Positions 1 to 14,672 of a stretch of DNA of 64,000 bases are shown here, piece after piece; the stretch's first letter is position 1, and each line of letters begins with the position of its first letter. Source of the stretch: Podarcis melisellensis (Eukaryota); assembly GCA_964234715.1 (NCBI GenBank), contig OZ174280.1. One strand, written 5' to 3'. A program made the translations under genes and the position numbers. The notes beneath the pieces are model-generated. The model did not search any database, was not told the DNA's origin, and saw only the letters and a program-made list of their open reading frames with translations.

Positions 1-1244
1 ACAATATAAATATACTCTAGCACTCTTATTTTAAGTATTAAAGAGATAAAACAGCTAAGACTCAACTATTCCTCTTACAACTCATAGCATCAAGTACAAA
101 CAGAATATGAAAGTTGTCGCGTCTAACCCAAGGGGTTCCAGAGCAGAACCCTCTAAGTACTAATCGACACATCACATATTTCCTCTGCTTCCAGCTTTAA
201 TCAGATGGCTTCTAGATGATCAATTAGTAGTCCATGCACCAGATGTGGCACACAGAACTGTTTCTATGGCATTTGAGAATACTGAAAGGCAACCCCCCCC
301 CACCAACATTTGCACTCCCCGGTCACTAGGATGCTCAATGGAAAAGCCCTACATTCAGACTTTTCACTTACATATGGGCAATGGCTCCAGGAGGGACTAG
401 AGATGCGCTTGCAAGTTTCAATAGTAACTAAGTCATAGCTGCCTCATCTAAGGAAATCTTCTTATACCACGGCCTGAAAGTAGCAAATAAAAAAAAATCT
501 AACAAAATGACCCATGTGAGAAGCACTTGTTGACAAGAGAAAAATAATGAGCAAAATAATTCAGACACCTTATGCTAGACATGTGCGGGAGACGGGTGCA
601 ACAAAAAGGCAACAAGCCTTACAGGATCACAGCCGGTCTGAGAAAATAGTTCCTTTTCCCTTACCAATATGATATGACTCATAAGAATGAAGAAAATCCT
701 ACCTATGGCACCTCTAAGATTTTTCTTTTGACCTTGTACTACAAGTTGCCCATTCCTGCACTCTTGTGTCACTTCCTAAGTCTCCGATGCACCAGAGTAG
801 ATGCCCCTCTGTTGCGAGCATCTTAAGAAAGCGGGGGGGGGGGGGCTTTTTATGTTATGGCTTCAGGGACAAGAGATAATCTAAATTAGTGCACGAAAGC
901 TGCCTATGTGCCTGCACTTTGTTTTGCTTTTTTTTTCTCCTTGTGGTAATTTTTGTGTCACTTGCTTACTTACAAATCCATGTAAACTGCTCCACATTTA
1001 GTCCTTGGATAAACACTTTGCTATTAAGAGGGAAAATGACCCATGGAAGGAGACAAGGAGAGGTCCTCGGCAGTAGAGATGCCTGGATTGCTCTGTAATA
1101 ACATTGGTGCACATGCACATGCATAAGCACACATATATACAAATGGTTATGAAACAATTCAACATGTATCTTTTATACTGAGTGCATACACTCAGAAGCT
1201 GTAACCAAATGTGGTTTAGTTTGTGACCATTTAATCTTTATACA

Positions 1245-1440
1245 TTAGAACATAGATAGCTGAGTTACGACGAGTGAGACCAATGGTCTATCAAGCTCAG
1301 TATTCTCTACACTGACTAGCAGTGGCTCTTCAGGGTTTCACATAGCGGTATCTTCCAGCCCTATGCAGAGATACTAGAGATTAAACCTGGAACCTTTTGC
1401 ATGCAAAGCAGATGCTCTACCACAGAGCTACAGCCCTTCC
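1245..1440 (-). mobile_element. tRNA-derived SINE (Squam3-like)
   Basis: Minus strand gtagctctgtggtagagcatctgctttgcatgcaaaaggttccaggtttaatc (A/B boxes), then a body shared with other copies in the window. Confidence 0.75.
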
Positions 1441-2710
1441 TCTTTGCGTAAGATTTCCAACAACAAACATTATCATTTGCATGTTGGAAATACTTTAAGC
1501 AGGCAACACCCTACAGAAATGAAGACAAGGAAAGCACATATTCTTTCAAATCCTTGCTAGTCAAGAAAAAGTGCAAGTCGTATAATTCAATGGACAGTCA
1601 AAAAGAAACTGATGTCAATGTACTTTAGGAGGACCCATTCCAAAATCAGATTCAACACAATATAATCCATTAATGCATAGTTTGTTACTGCAGCACTTCA
1701 TGTTAAAAGCAATAGCTCACTGGGAATGTTTACAAAGTCTCAGATGTTGCAGGATCATATTTTAAAAAGCTAAACATTAACAATATTTTCAAGAATTTAT
1801 AAACCTGCTCCTCTCCACTTTGGAATAACACTGTCAAGTGAGCTTACTTGACAACTAACTGCAAATTAAGGGGGGGGGGGCGTGTTTGAGAATACAGACT
1901 ATTGCTTCACAGCTTATAACTTTGAAGCACAGTAAATTCAAAGGAGAAAGAAACCAACTTCAACAATGTCGATCTAATTGACTAACTTCCAATTAATAAG
2001 TATTCAATAATTATGATGGATTTCATGACAATCCAACCTACATGACTATTTTTTTCCACCCTGGGAAGATACACTTTTGCATTCCTTCAATAATTGATTG
2101 AAGAGGTAATATAAAGTTTCATATTCATAAAGTTCTGTCACTACTGTATTTCTGAATTTATGTAGTCTATTTCTACTGCATCTTTAAAGAACTTACTTCA
2201 ACAACTTGATATGAGCACAAGACACACGTATAAAATCTTACACTTTGGTTAGAAGTTAATTTTCTGCTAAGGCTGAACAGCTGGGGCAATGTAATCCATA
2301 AAATAATGTTCTAGCACTCCTAACACAAAAGTGCTGAAAATTGTTGCCATTAACAATTGAAAATGGTTTTTAAATTGTTATTAATGTGTTCTTGGCAAGT
2401 GTTTTAAACTTAGTTAAGAAAAAACATGATCTAAAAATTTGCAGACCAACTTGCCTATTTATACATTCTCACATATAATAGGTAATAGGTTTCTAAGCTA
2501 TTGAACATTCCACAACTGTGCTTCACTGCCACTGGAGATGATGTAATCTACTCACTCAACTAATGTGCACTGCCACAGACCACATTAGCAATGCTGATAC
2601 ATTATGCCAGTGATCTCTTATTAAATGCTAGCAGAGCAAAAGGAGATATTCTTGACAATTTAGATAGCTTCCCTTTATCATACATGAAGACTGTACCTCA
2701 AAACACACAC

Positions 2711-2858
2711 TTTGCATTCAAAAGGTCCTGGGTTTAAACCTGGCATCTCCAGACAAAGCTAGGAAAGCCTGGAGAGCTGTTGCCAGTCACTGGTAGCCAA
2801 TTCTGAGCAAGACTGACCAGTGGCCTTACTTGATATAAAGCAGCTTCCTATGCTCCTA
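2711..2858 (+). mobile_element. Squam3-like SINE
   Basis: tttgcattcaaaaggtcctgggtttaaacctggcatctccag...ataaagcagcttcctatg. Confidence 0.7.
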
Positions 2859-5254
2859 CAAATATATACATACAAAGAGAAAGAAAGAAAGAAAGGCCCC
2901 TCCATATGTACATGAGCTTTCCAGAGAAACAATGATATGTACCTCTATTTAAATATACTCTGGTAAGTGTAAGAGCTCATTGGTAAAGTACCCATATACA
3001 ATTTTCAATTATGTCTAAATGAGTCATAATGGGGTAAAAATTATCTTCCTATTCTATTTTTTTATTTTCATTGTAAGATTTAGCTATATATATTTAATAA
3101 TTTAAAAAGCATATTGTAGAAGTCTGGCTTTTGACCATCATAAGAAAAACAAACCTATTCCACTAAATATCCAACGCTTGCCCGTTGCTTAATATCGTTA
3201 CTTCCAGATCCAAGTTCCTCATGAGGAAGACATGCAGATTTCACCCACCTGCCAAGCCAACTATGCCTTTAATCTATCAATATGAAATATTTAGACAACT
3301 GAAGACTAAGACTGACACCCATAAATTGCACTACAAAACTATGATTTAGTAAACTAGCAGCAATCTAGACTATTATTCTTAAATCATTTATGCTAGCAGC
3401 GGGCTACTGAAGTGAATGGAGATACTTGATCAACACTAGATGTAGTAGGTTACTCATACACCCCAAAAGTTATTCAAACAAAATCCTGGAAACAGCTATT
3501 AGGAGGCCTGCATCAATTCAGTGCTATACTGCATTAACATGGTTGTTCTGTAAAGGAACTCAATAATAACAATTATTATAATAAACATTTTGGTGAAAAT
3601 ATAACAATGATCATCTAGTTTGGATATTAAATTTACAGGATTTATTGCATTGGCATTCTTTACATATGAAAATTCAATATTTAGCAAATAGCCAGACTTA
3701 TCACTTCTGAACCGTTTTTCTTTCCTTACACTTGCTTCTGATATCTCTCTCACATCTAAGCACTCTGAAAGTTTGTGGTGAGGTAAGAGACATGAAGGTC
3801 TTCCTTCCATATTCATGAATTTGTCTGCACTATACTACCTAGGAAAGTTTCTTTAAAAATTGGGTGAACTCCAATGGTTTTCAAATACAGGGTGTAGAGT
3901 TCCTGGTTGGTCCAAGAGACATACTTGAAGTCTTGGAGAAAGCATTCCAACATGACCTATAAGCACTTTTCCTGGAAATACTGTGGAACATAATGAACAA
4001 GAATGGAAAATTCTGGGGTCCCACATCCCACAAATGTTCTTTGATAAATGTATCTAATGTAATTCAACCTATTGGAATAGGATGGCCAGTATCTACTGTA
4101 GCATTCTCCTGAATACAATCCAAAAACAACTCAAAATTTAAAAGGCTACATGGAACAGATATGGCTAAACAGATACTGACAACAGAAATGTGTAAGAAAA
4201 ATAGAATTTAAAATATATTCTACAAGTTAAAAAGCTTAAAATGAGATAGATATGCACACGTGATCATATAAATTTATTTATTTATTTATTATTTCAGCTA
4301 GCTAACCAAATAATAAAAGTACAAATAACTATGTATTAGGGACTGCATGCTATTTTATACATACATCAGATCCGCAGAGAAGGTCAGTTTTAATTTTTTT
4401 TTACACCGGATCAATTTCCCAGCTTTCATGGTGGTTGATAAAAAGTTTAACTGTCTGATGAAGCATCAGAAATCTGAATGGATATGAGGAGAGGTCTAAC
4501 GCTTTGCATATGCTCCCCCCTTTATAACTACTGTATAACTACCGTATTATTAACCTTACCATGTTCCTACTATCGTCTTATTACTAATTTTAATGTCACC
4601 CTCCACCCCCAGCTTCTATGTTCTCTCTCTTTAGGAAACATTATAAATCCTTGAAAGCCTTAGTGTTGGGTTCACAACTATGCAAAGTAGACCTATACCA
4701 GTTTGCTTCATTTGCATAGTTTATTCAAAGTACAGAATTTTCCTGTTGTGCACATAGCATATAGCCCTGATCAGATTTCAGACTTCCTCACAGGAAATGT
4801 TCACAGTTTTCATTACCAACTTTTAATTTAACTTATGCTTCAGCAATTCAGAAAACAAATATGATAGCCATTAGAAGGTCATGACAACATAGGAGGTACT
4901 AAAAAAAACTGGACATGTTTTGCTTAGAGATTATACAGCTCAATCCCTTCCCTACTTGGGAGTAAGTGCTATTGAGTTCAATGTGATTTACTTCCAGGTA
5001 AGTGAGTAGAACATTGCAGCCTAAGAGGAACTAAGATAGTTCTCTGGATTATTGAAAACTGCTATCATAAAGGAAACAGAGAATGGTTGCTACATGCACC
5101 AAGAGATAGGACTGAACTTTAAAAAAAAGCATTTAAACTGCAGTTTCACAGACTTCTGGTTGATGTTTGAAGCTGTGAATATCAATATGCATTCAGCAAT
5201 AAGTTTTCTGAAGAATTTCCAGAGGAGTAGCCATATTAGTCTCTTGCAAAATAA

Positions 5255-5386
5255 TCTTGTGGCACCTTACTAACAGATTTATTATGGCATAAGCTTTTGT
5301 GAACTCAAGCTGACAAAGTATGCCTGAGTCCATGGAAGCTTATGCCATAATAAATTTGTTAGTATTTCAAATGCGACAAGACTCTG
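5255..5386. repeat. Palindromic Penelope-like element remnant
   Basis: ctaacagatttattatggcataagctt ... aagcttatgccataataaatttgttag inverted arms, with tcttgtggcac / tgcgacaagac outer ends. Confidence 0.6.
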
Positions 5387-6495
5387 GGATAATTTTTCTT
5401 AAGAAGTTATGGAACACTCTGGAGATTTAAGAGAAGCATGAATGAGCATCATTGGTGTGGATAAAGTCCAAGAAACCATGCCATTGTATCTGGCTGAGCT
5501 GGATTATCTCTGAGGTTACTTTTACTTCTATTATTCAGCTGGCACCTTAGGTCACAAAGAATCACATATCTGCATGACAACCAGAACTCTGAAATAATGG
5601 AAGGTAGTGTATTTTCCGAACTTCTTAAAAGAAAAAAAAGCAACAATCTCAAATTAAATTTAACCAAAATGTAATGTAGCTTTTTTCCTTATTAAAACCA
5701 TCACCAGCATAGTTTTAGGAATCACAAGCCTGCAGCAATTTCAAACACCAACCACTATAATTTCACTAGGAGTGATGTCAAATGGATCCAGCTTCCTTTT
5801 CTGATTCACCTAACTTCTGGCTCTTCTCACATCTCATTCCTCTCCAGAAACAAAAGAAGTCCTACGCCAGAACAAAGTAGGGACAATACCTCTCAGCACT
5901 GGAAATAATGCATAGTACTTAAGCTACAATCCTATGCATGCTTATTATGATAGGAAGCTGAAATGAAATCTGTGTAATTTTATTCCTGAGCACACAAGCA
6001 AAGGACTGGGCTGCAAGTTTTCTTACAGAAGCCAACATAGAATCAAAAGCTAAAAGAATCAGTTCAAAAACATCAGGACCAAAAACATTAACCAAACATT
6101 TTGTGTCAGAAAGTGATAGAGAAGATAACATTTTTAAATAGATGAGTTTAGGTGAGATTATGAATACAGATACACGGTACAAAAAACTTACAATAGGAGG
6201 AAAGGGAAAGGAAAACGTGTGTTCTGGATTCTGCAGCCTAATAGCAGGTAGCTCTCGATTCTTAACAAAAACGAGCCTTATAAAAATGACTCGCTTAATG
6301 GGCACAGCGGAACACAGTAAGAGCAAAAGTTTACACCCCTCCAAGTACAGTTCTTTGCTTCTCCAGGAGAGAAAACGAGAGAAGAACCAAAGCCTGTCCC
6401 ATTGGAGGGAAGAACAATAAACTTTTAATACAGATGCCCGACACTTAAGAACCACTACGATTGCAAACCTAAACACAATTAAACTTTTTTTTTTA

Positions 6496-7830
<1,335 letters not shown>

Positions 7831-10079
7831 CAAGAAAGTATGTGCTTACTTGCTGACTGACATGGGTTAACGCACAGGAGAGTAAGCGGTATGTTACCGT
7901 TGACCACATACTTCCTACATTTTTTGTTGGTATGGTCCATCTTTGGATTTGCTTGCACTGGGACGATGAACGTTTGTGGATAATGCGGTTGTGTTGTGTG
8001 AAGGGACTATATATTTTAATGTGTGATGCGTGTGAAACTGACACCGTCTGACTTAATGTGTGCATAGTGTTTCACTGTGCTGATGTGCAGCCATATAATA
8101 TGCTAAGTGTGTATGAACATAACTGAAGCCATAATCAGCAGCCCATCAACTACAGAGCAGTTCCAGTGTCTCCAATGGGATTACTCCAAATTTGGTGGGA
8201 TGTGGAGACTCCAGTCATGTGTACATGATCTGGTTTATGGAGAGTTGTGAATGGGCACATATACAATGGTTGAACTTGTGGGGATGTGAAATGGCCAGCT
8301 TGGATATAAGAGTCATAACTGTTTTAGTATCTAATACATTATAAAAACTTAATTTGAATGGAAGCAAAGAATCAGTGCATGCATTCTTGGTCCTGCACAG
8401 CAATTTTTTCTACATGTGCATGAATTGGGTTGGCTACTGGAAGCAAAGGGAACAAAAATGTAGGGTGCTGCATGTACTGGGGGAGGGAACCCTGAAAATA
8501 GGAGTGTGTGTGTGTGAGAGAGAGAGAGAAAACTGTACCAAGCCCAGTTTATCTGTGCCTTCTATATAGCAGTGGCTAAGCACATCTAATTCTGGTTGGT
8601 TGTGTACATTTGTTACATGCATAAGAAGCAATATGCTCCAGTCACTCTATTAAACTCAGTGAAATTTCTATAGGTGAATATTACAACATCTGTGACAGAG
8701 TGTATGGGAAGTGTTTAATCATATTGGCATGGTGCATATAATGTAGTGTGGCTAATTATGTGCAACTGACTGAAAGTTTCTGACCATGCAATCCAATTGT
8801 GGCCATGTTTACATAGGAGTCACAGGGGCTTACTCCTCCAAGTATGAAGTCATAGGACTGCAGCCAGATTTGTGTATGTGGCAGATTGTGGGTGATGCGG
8901 TGTTTGTGCCTCGGTGTGATGTAATATTTGGAAGAGTGCTTAATCAATGTTATTTTATATGCATTTCAAGATGGAGGAATTGTTATTGTAAAATTCATGT
9001 CGTCTAGTTTGTTGGCAGGACATGTGAAACAATGACTCCCGTAGAATTAGCTGCTCATCTAATACTTTTAACATGCATGTTTTAATCTGTCTAGTTAGGA
9101 TCAGGTCTTACGTGTGAAGTCTGAAACAACCTGGGTCTGTTGCCCATCCTTGCCAAATACTGATTGTAAAATGCTAGGCTGCAGTACTATTTCTGCTCCC
9201 ACCTCCCTAACTACAGTATTCAAAATCTAACATGTTCATGTGTGATAGTTATTCACAGAAACTGGTGTTCACACAGTCCTTAACATTTTGAAGGAGTTAT
9301 CCCATAATATTCAGAATAGTCTAGATAATCTGGTTCCAAATGTTTGTAATATACTATGCACATGTGGAATCAATGAATACTCTCAGAGAAAACTTGGTTT
9401 TAAGCAGCATCTACCTATGTGAATGGTAATTCACAATTATATTTGTGATTAAATATCCTAGCCATACAACATTGTTTGTTGTCCTTAGGGATATCATATT
9501 GGAAAAAACTGTACACTGCCATATCTGATGACTGCACACATTCTTTATTGCTGCATGTTCATGTTGTGTACATATACTGGGGAAGCTATAGCCAACCATT
9601 CCCTGATTTCACATCTGTGGAGAAGCCACTGCCTCCATCTAGCAACCATTGTTTTTAATTACAAACTGAGGTTTAATGTATAGACAAGACCATTACATTC
9701 ACTTTCCTAGTTAAAACATGCTTTGTGCTTGGAGCTACCCATGTTATCTTGATGAGTCAGCTTAAGTTTTGCACATGTGAAAATGGTGAAGTAATTTTAG
9801 GATATTCTTCAATGTCTCTGTCTTCAAAGACAGAACTACCGTAACTGGTTTAGAGTTTTGGGAACAGGAGTTTGCATATTTTGTTCAAAGGCTGAGCTTC
9901 TTTATCCTGCCACAAATGAAGGCAAGTTATTGAAGCAGGTGACAAAGTGACAAGACAAATAAATGGCCTAGGTATGTTTCTGAACTTTGTGGCACGAGAG
10001 GTCCTGAGTGCTTTGATTAGGATAGCTGCAGAAACAGTGTTATTTGTTGCCAGTGTAAAATATAGACATACAATCCTAC

Positions 10080-10470
10080 CTTTCCTCTCCTTATTTAAGG
10101 CAAGAAGTCGCATATTACGTCTCTGGCTTGCTGCCAGGATACACGCCAGCTCGGCAGGCGGGTAGAAAGTGGCGGGGGTGGGGAGGAGAGCGCGGATTAG
10201 TTAGCCCAGTTTGCGAGAGCCGCTTTGCTTGTCTTTTGTCTGAGAGGAAGCATCGAGCTTGAGGATTGGCTGAACGGCCCTCGGCAGAACTACCCAATAG
10301 GAAGGAAAGAAATCCAGCCGGCCGGATGGCGATTGGCTGGGAGCCCCAGTTACTAAGCGGGACAAAGAAAAGAGGGTAAAGGGAGGGGGAGCTGGAGTGG
10401 AGAATGAAAGAGCTTGCAGTGCCCACCTCCGTTCTTCCCCATCAGACTCCACCCCACCCCCCGCTTCTTC
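10080..10470 (-). promoter_or_regulatory. Second CpG-rich CCAAT-box promoter with candidate upstream first exon of PIK3R3
   Basis: Three CCAAT/ATTGG boxes (10265-10269, 10294-10298, 10332-10336), GC-rich boxes and a CpG cluster. Minus-strand donor AAG|gtagga at 10080/10079. Confidence 0.6.
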
Positions 10471-13400
10471 CTTTCGCTAAATGGTGTTTTACTACTCACA
10501 TGAACAATAGACACAAGTGATGCATTACGAATGCCACCGATGAAATCTGGGCACCTCCTGGGTCGGCTGGAGATGTCTCAAAATCTAGCCGTCCCATACA
10601 GAATATTCGAAAATAATTGAGAGGCAACACGCAGCATTAAGGAGAGCTATGGTTTCAAACGCACCGTGGATAAAACTGCACACAACGTCCGCTGCTCTGC
10701 TCCCTCACCCGCTTTGCTTTCTTGTTTTGGCGTTCAGCCCAGTAACCCCGGTGCCCTTTCCAGCTGTTTGGAGAGATGGAAGCGAGCTGGAACTTAACAC
10801 TTCAACGTACAACTCAAAAGATTTCGAGTGACTTTACAAATAATAGTAATAATGAGTTCAGTTCTAGTCAGATACTCTTAAGGCACTTTATAACTACATG
10901 TTCCTATTTAATCACTCCTTTTGAATGAACGTCAGATCTAAAGAGATGCCTGGCCACAGCTGAGAAATAGCGTCTGTCAATTGTACAGATAGCGAGGTAA
11001 TAAGAGCAACCTTCAGAAACCGAGAAACAAATATTAAAAGGGGGCGGAGATTGTACTTTTCGCTGCATCTAAATCAGGAATAGCTAACTTTTGGCCTTGC
11101 CGATGCTTGCCTACAACAACTCCCATTATACCTGACCATTGGCTACAGAGTTGGGCGGGCAGCATCTGGAGGGCCATAAGTTAGCTGCCTCTGTCTTAAA
11201 TATCTATTATACAGGTCCAGATGATATGAATTGAGATTTACTCCAATGACTGTCAGCATGATCCTAGTCATGTTCACTCAGAAGTAAAGCTTACTGCATT
11301 CTGTGGGATGGATGATATCTTAGAAAGTCAAGAATTGCAGTCTCTCTCTCACACCTTTAAATTACATTGTTGTGCTTCCTCATAACCAGATGCTGAGTCT
11401 TTTTACACCAAAGTAAGTCCCCCTGAGTTCAATATAGCTTGCTTCTGAGGAAGTAGGCTCAGGACAATTTGCAGCTTATGCAGCACTACTGTACTTGTTG
11501 CAGCTGACCCAAAACCAGAGGTAATGTGATGCTGTAGTCAGGCTGCAAGCCAAGAAAACTAGAAACAGCACTTTGCAATCATTTTTCAATGAGATGTTTG
11601 AAACTACCTTTAGTCAGTGTAATAGATAGGCCTCAACAAAGTTCAGCTTTTGAGAGAAAAGGAGTATCTCTTTAAGTAAAGAAAGCAAGAATCTTCTAGA
11701 AATTTTAAAACAATGGCAGGGTCACAGGAGCACGGCTTGGAAGGACACATTTACTTGAATGGTGATGGGTGGAATTAATTTGATGTCAAATGGTAATGTG
11801 GGGGAGCTCATAGATGCTTGAAGTTACACACAAATTTGACATCAGAATTGTTATATACCTATCTATTTCACGGAAAAAGACATTTCTGCCTGTAAAATGT
11901 CACTGATTCTCTTCACAACTTTCACAGTTTTGATGAATGTTCATGATGTAACCCTTCCTCTGTGAACTCAGCACACATCTTGAGACACAGAGCTTAATTA
12001 AACCACAGCTTCAAATGTAACATTGGAAGCAGTGTTGAAAGAGACTGCTTTTCTTCTTTTAAAGGTGTTTTTCATTGCTCTGAAAACCAAGCAATTGATA
12101 ATTTCTCCATCCATAGCAACACATATTATACATTCAGTTGATACAATATTTGTGCCAGTTAACCAATCCCCCTGCTGATGGGGTTTTTGGTGAATACTAA
12201 AAATGAATAAAATGGTGTTGAATAATTAGAAGCCTACATTCGCTTTACAGAAGTATGGCAATAGAGATTTTTAAGTTTACTGCTGCTGCTTGAATTATCT
12301 CTATAGGAAGTAATTGAAAGAAAACTGCTGCTACAGTAACCAGATTCCTTGAGGGAGAGAGAGGGCTGCATAAAAGCGTAGCTTTCATTCAAGTAATTCA
12401 CTCTAGATAAATTAATTTTATATACACATTCATTCTCTGATTAATCTATGATAGGAATATATGCCCCCCTTTTTAAAACATTTTAAATAAAAAATATTAG
12501 AAATTATTTCAGTATGTTTCTGTTCAACACCCTCTAACAGAAACAGTGAATCCCAGAAGAATATTATGAGACACTGCGGGGGGTGTCCTCCAGATCTTGT
12601 TGACTCCAACTTCCATCCAGCCCCACTGCAAACATTACCAAAGGTCAGGAATGATGGCCAGTGGAGTCCAGCAATTCCTGTTGGGTGACAGGTTCCCCAC
12701 CCCGATTTAATGCAATGACATTGACATTCAGTGTAAATGTGTGTAGGAACCATGTGTCATCCTAACCATGTCTACTCAGAAATAGTTTTCAGAAGTACAA
12801 AAAAACAACAACAATCCCATTTAAAAACAAAACTTAAGGGAGGGTGGCAAAGAAGCCCACAGACTGAGCATGCTCTATTGGCAAATAATCTTGACTAATG
12901 GAGTGTGGAGGAGGATGGAATAAAGCATCTGGCATTCTGAAAAGGGGCACTCCACACTACAAGATTTTGATGCAGGTCCCACTTGTATGTATTAATTGCA
13001 ACTAAATGCAGAAAGGTATACCCAAGTTTATTTTATTGTAATTAAACCCCCTCCATCAATTCCATTATATATAGATATTGTACATAGATAGCTAGGCCAG
13101 ATAATTTTGCACAATGTTCAGATTAATAGAGGGTTTTCTCCATGTGTCCTACACACAGCCCAAACATGCCATATTCCCTCTTAGCCCAAGCAGTATTTCA
13201 TGGGTCCCATGATCTTTGGTCCCATATAATAAAGGTGATAATATGATGACAATCTTAAAACACTAGAAAGTTTAGAAACCAACACTCTGCCTGCTCACCA
13301 ATGCAACAAAGGTTCACATTGTCAACTGCTATAAACTCTCTTTCATTTCCTTGCGTTTGACAATTTGTACTTTGAGGCAGGATTAAATATTAAAGACCCG

Positions 13401-14064
13401 AGTGTTTTCATGTGTTTTGGAAAAAGCCAGAAGAGCTTCCAGCCGAATATGCTGAACACAGAAAAGCCATTTGAGCCAATCTGCTGGGTTTCTTTTGGGC
13501 AATGCTATGAAAACGTGATAACCAGCGACCTGATTTAGTCTCCAACATGCTTCTACAGCTATATAGGGAGAGAGTATGTGGTGAATCACCACTTCCATGG
13601 AGATTGCAATTCACCTAGCACTGGTGGAAGAATATCAAGACAGAGCCCATAGCAGAAGTACACATTTGATAGGAGAAGATATGGGTTGTGTAGCCCCTCT
13701 TGAGCACAAAAGAGAGCAAAAGTCCTTTCATTTCCAGATTGGGTTCCTTGGCTTAAATGGCACAGCTTGCAGAACATGGGTTGTACCCTTTGCAATTTTG
13801 CAAAGGTGGAAGGTCGATCAAGCTTTATTCAACACTGCAAATCTGAATAGCCCTGAGTCCTACCCTGCTGAAACCCATTTAAAACCTCAGAGCTAGAATT
13901 GGGATAGGTGATCTCAGTGGGCGGCTCATTTAACCTCTTGGGGAGGTGGTGGGTAATGAAACATTATCTTTATATTGAATGCCGCTCTCTCCTTCCTCAT
14001 TTGTATCCATTTCCCCCCAAAGTGACATTTCCCACCATGGAAACAGTAAGATCCCTTTGGAGAC

Positions 14065-14065
<1 letters not shown>

Positions 14066-14121
<56 letters not shown>

Positions 14122-14672
14122 TTTATACCCCACCCATCTGACCACTGCAGGTGGCTTCCAGAAAAATATAAAAAATAATAAAATGCCAGACACTAAAAAT
14201 TTATCTGAACAGGGCTGCCTTCAGATGTTTTCTAAAAGTTGTTTCATTTTTGATCTCCCTGATATCTCATGGGAGGGTGTTCCACAGAGGAAGCGCCACT
14301 GCCAAGAAGGCCCTATGCCTGGTTCCCTGTAACTTCACTTCTCACAGTGAGGGAACCGCCAGAAGACCCTAGGAAGTGGACCTCAGTGTCTAGGCTGAAT
14401 GATGGAGGTGAATGATGGCTGAGGCCTTTTAGGGCTTTAAAGATCAGTACCAACACTTTGAATTGTGCTCAGAAATGTACTGGGAGCTAGTGAAGATCCT
14501 TTAGGATTGGTGTTATATGGTCTTGATGGCCACTCCCAGTGACCAGTCATTTTGGATTAGTTGTGGCAGGCATTTTGGATTAGTTGTAGTTTCCGAGTCA
14601 CCTTCAAAGGTAGCCCCACGTAGAGCGCACTGCAGTAATCCAAGCGAGAAATAACCAGAGCATGAACCACTC
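14066..14672 (-). mobile_element. L2-clade LINE 3' fragment with (TAT)n tail
   Basis: Minus strand reads ..VVHALVISRLDYCSALYVGLPLKVTRKLQLIQN.. (L2 RT C-terminus). The (AAT)n run at about 14067-14120 is the tail. Confidence 0.8.
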
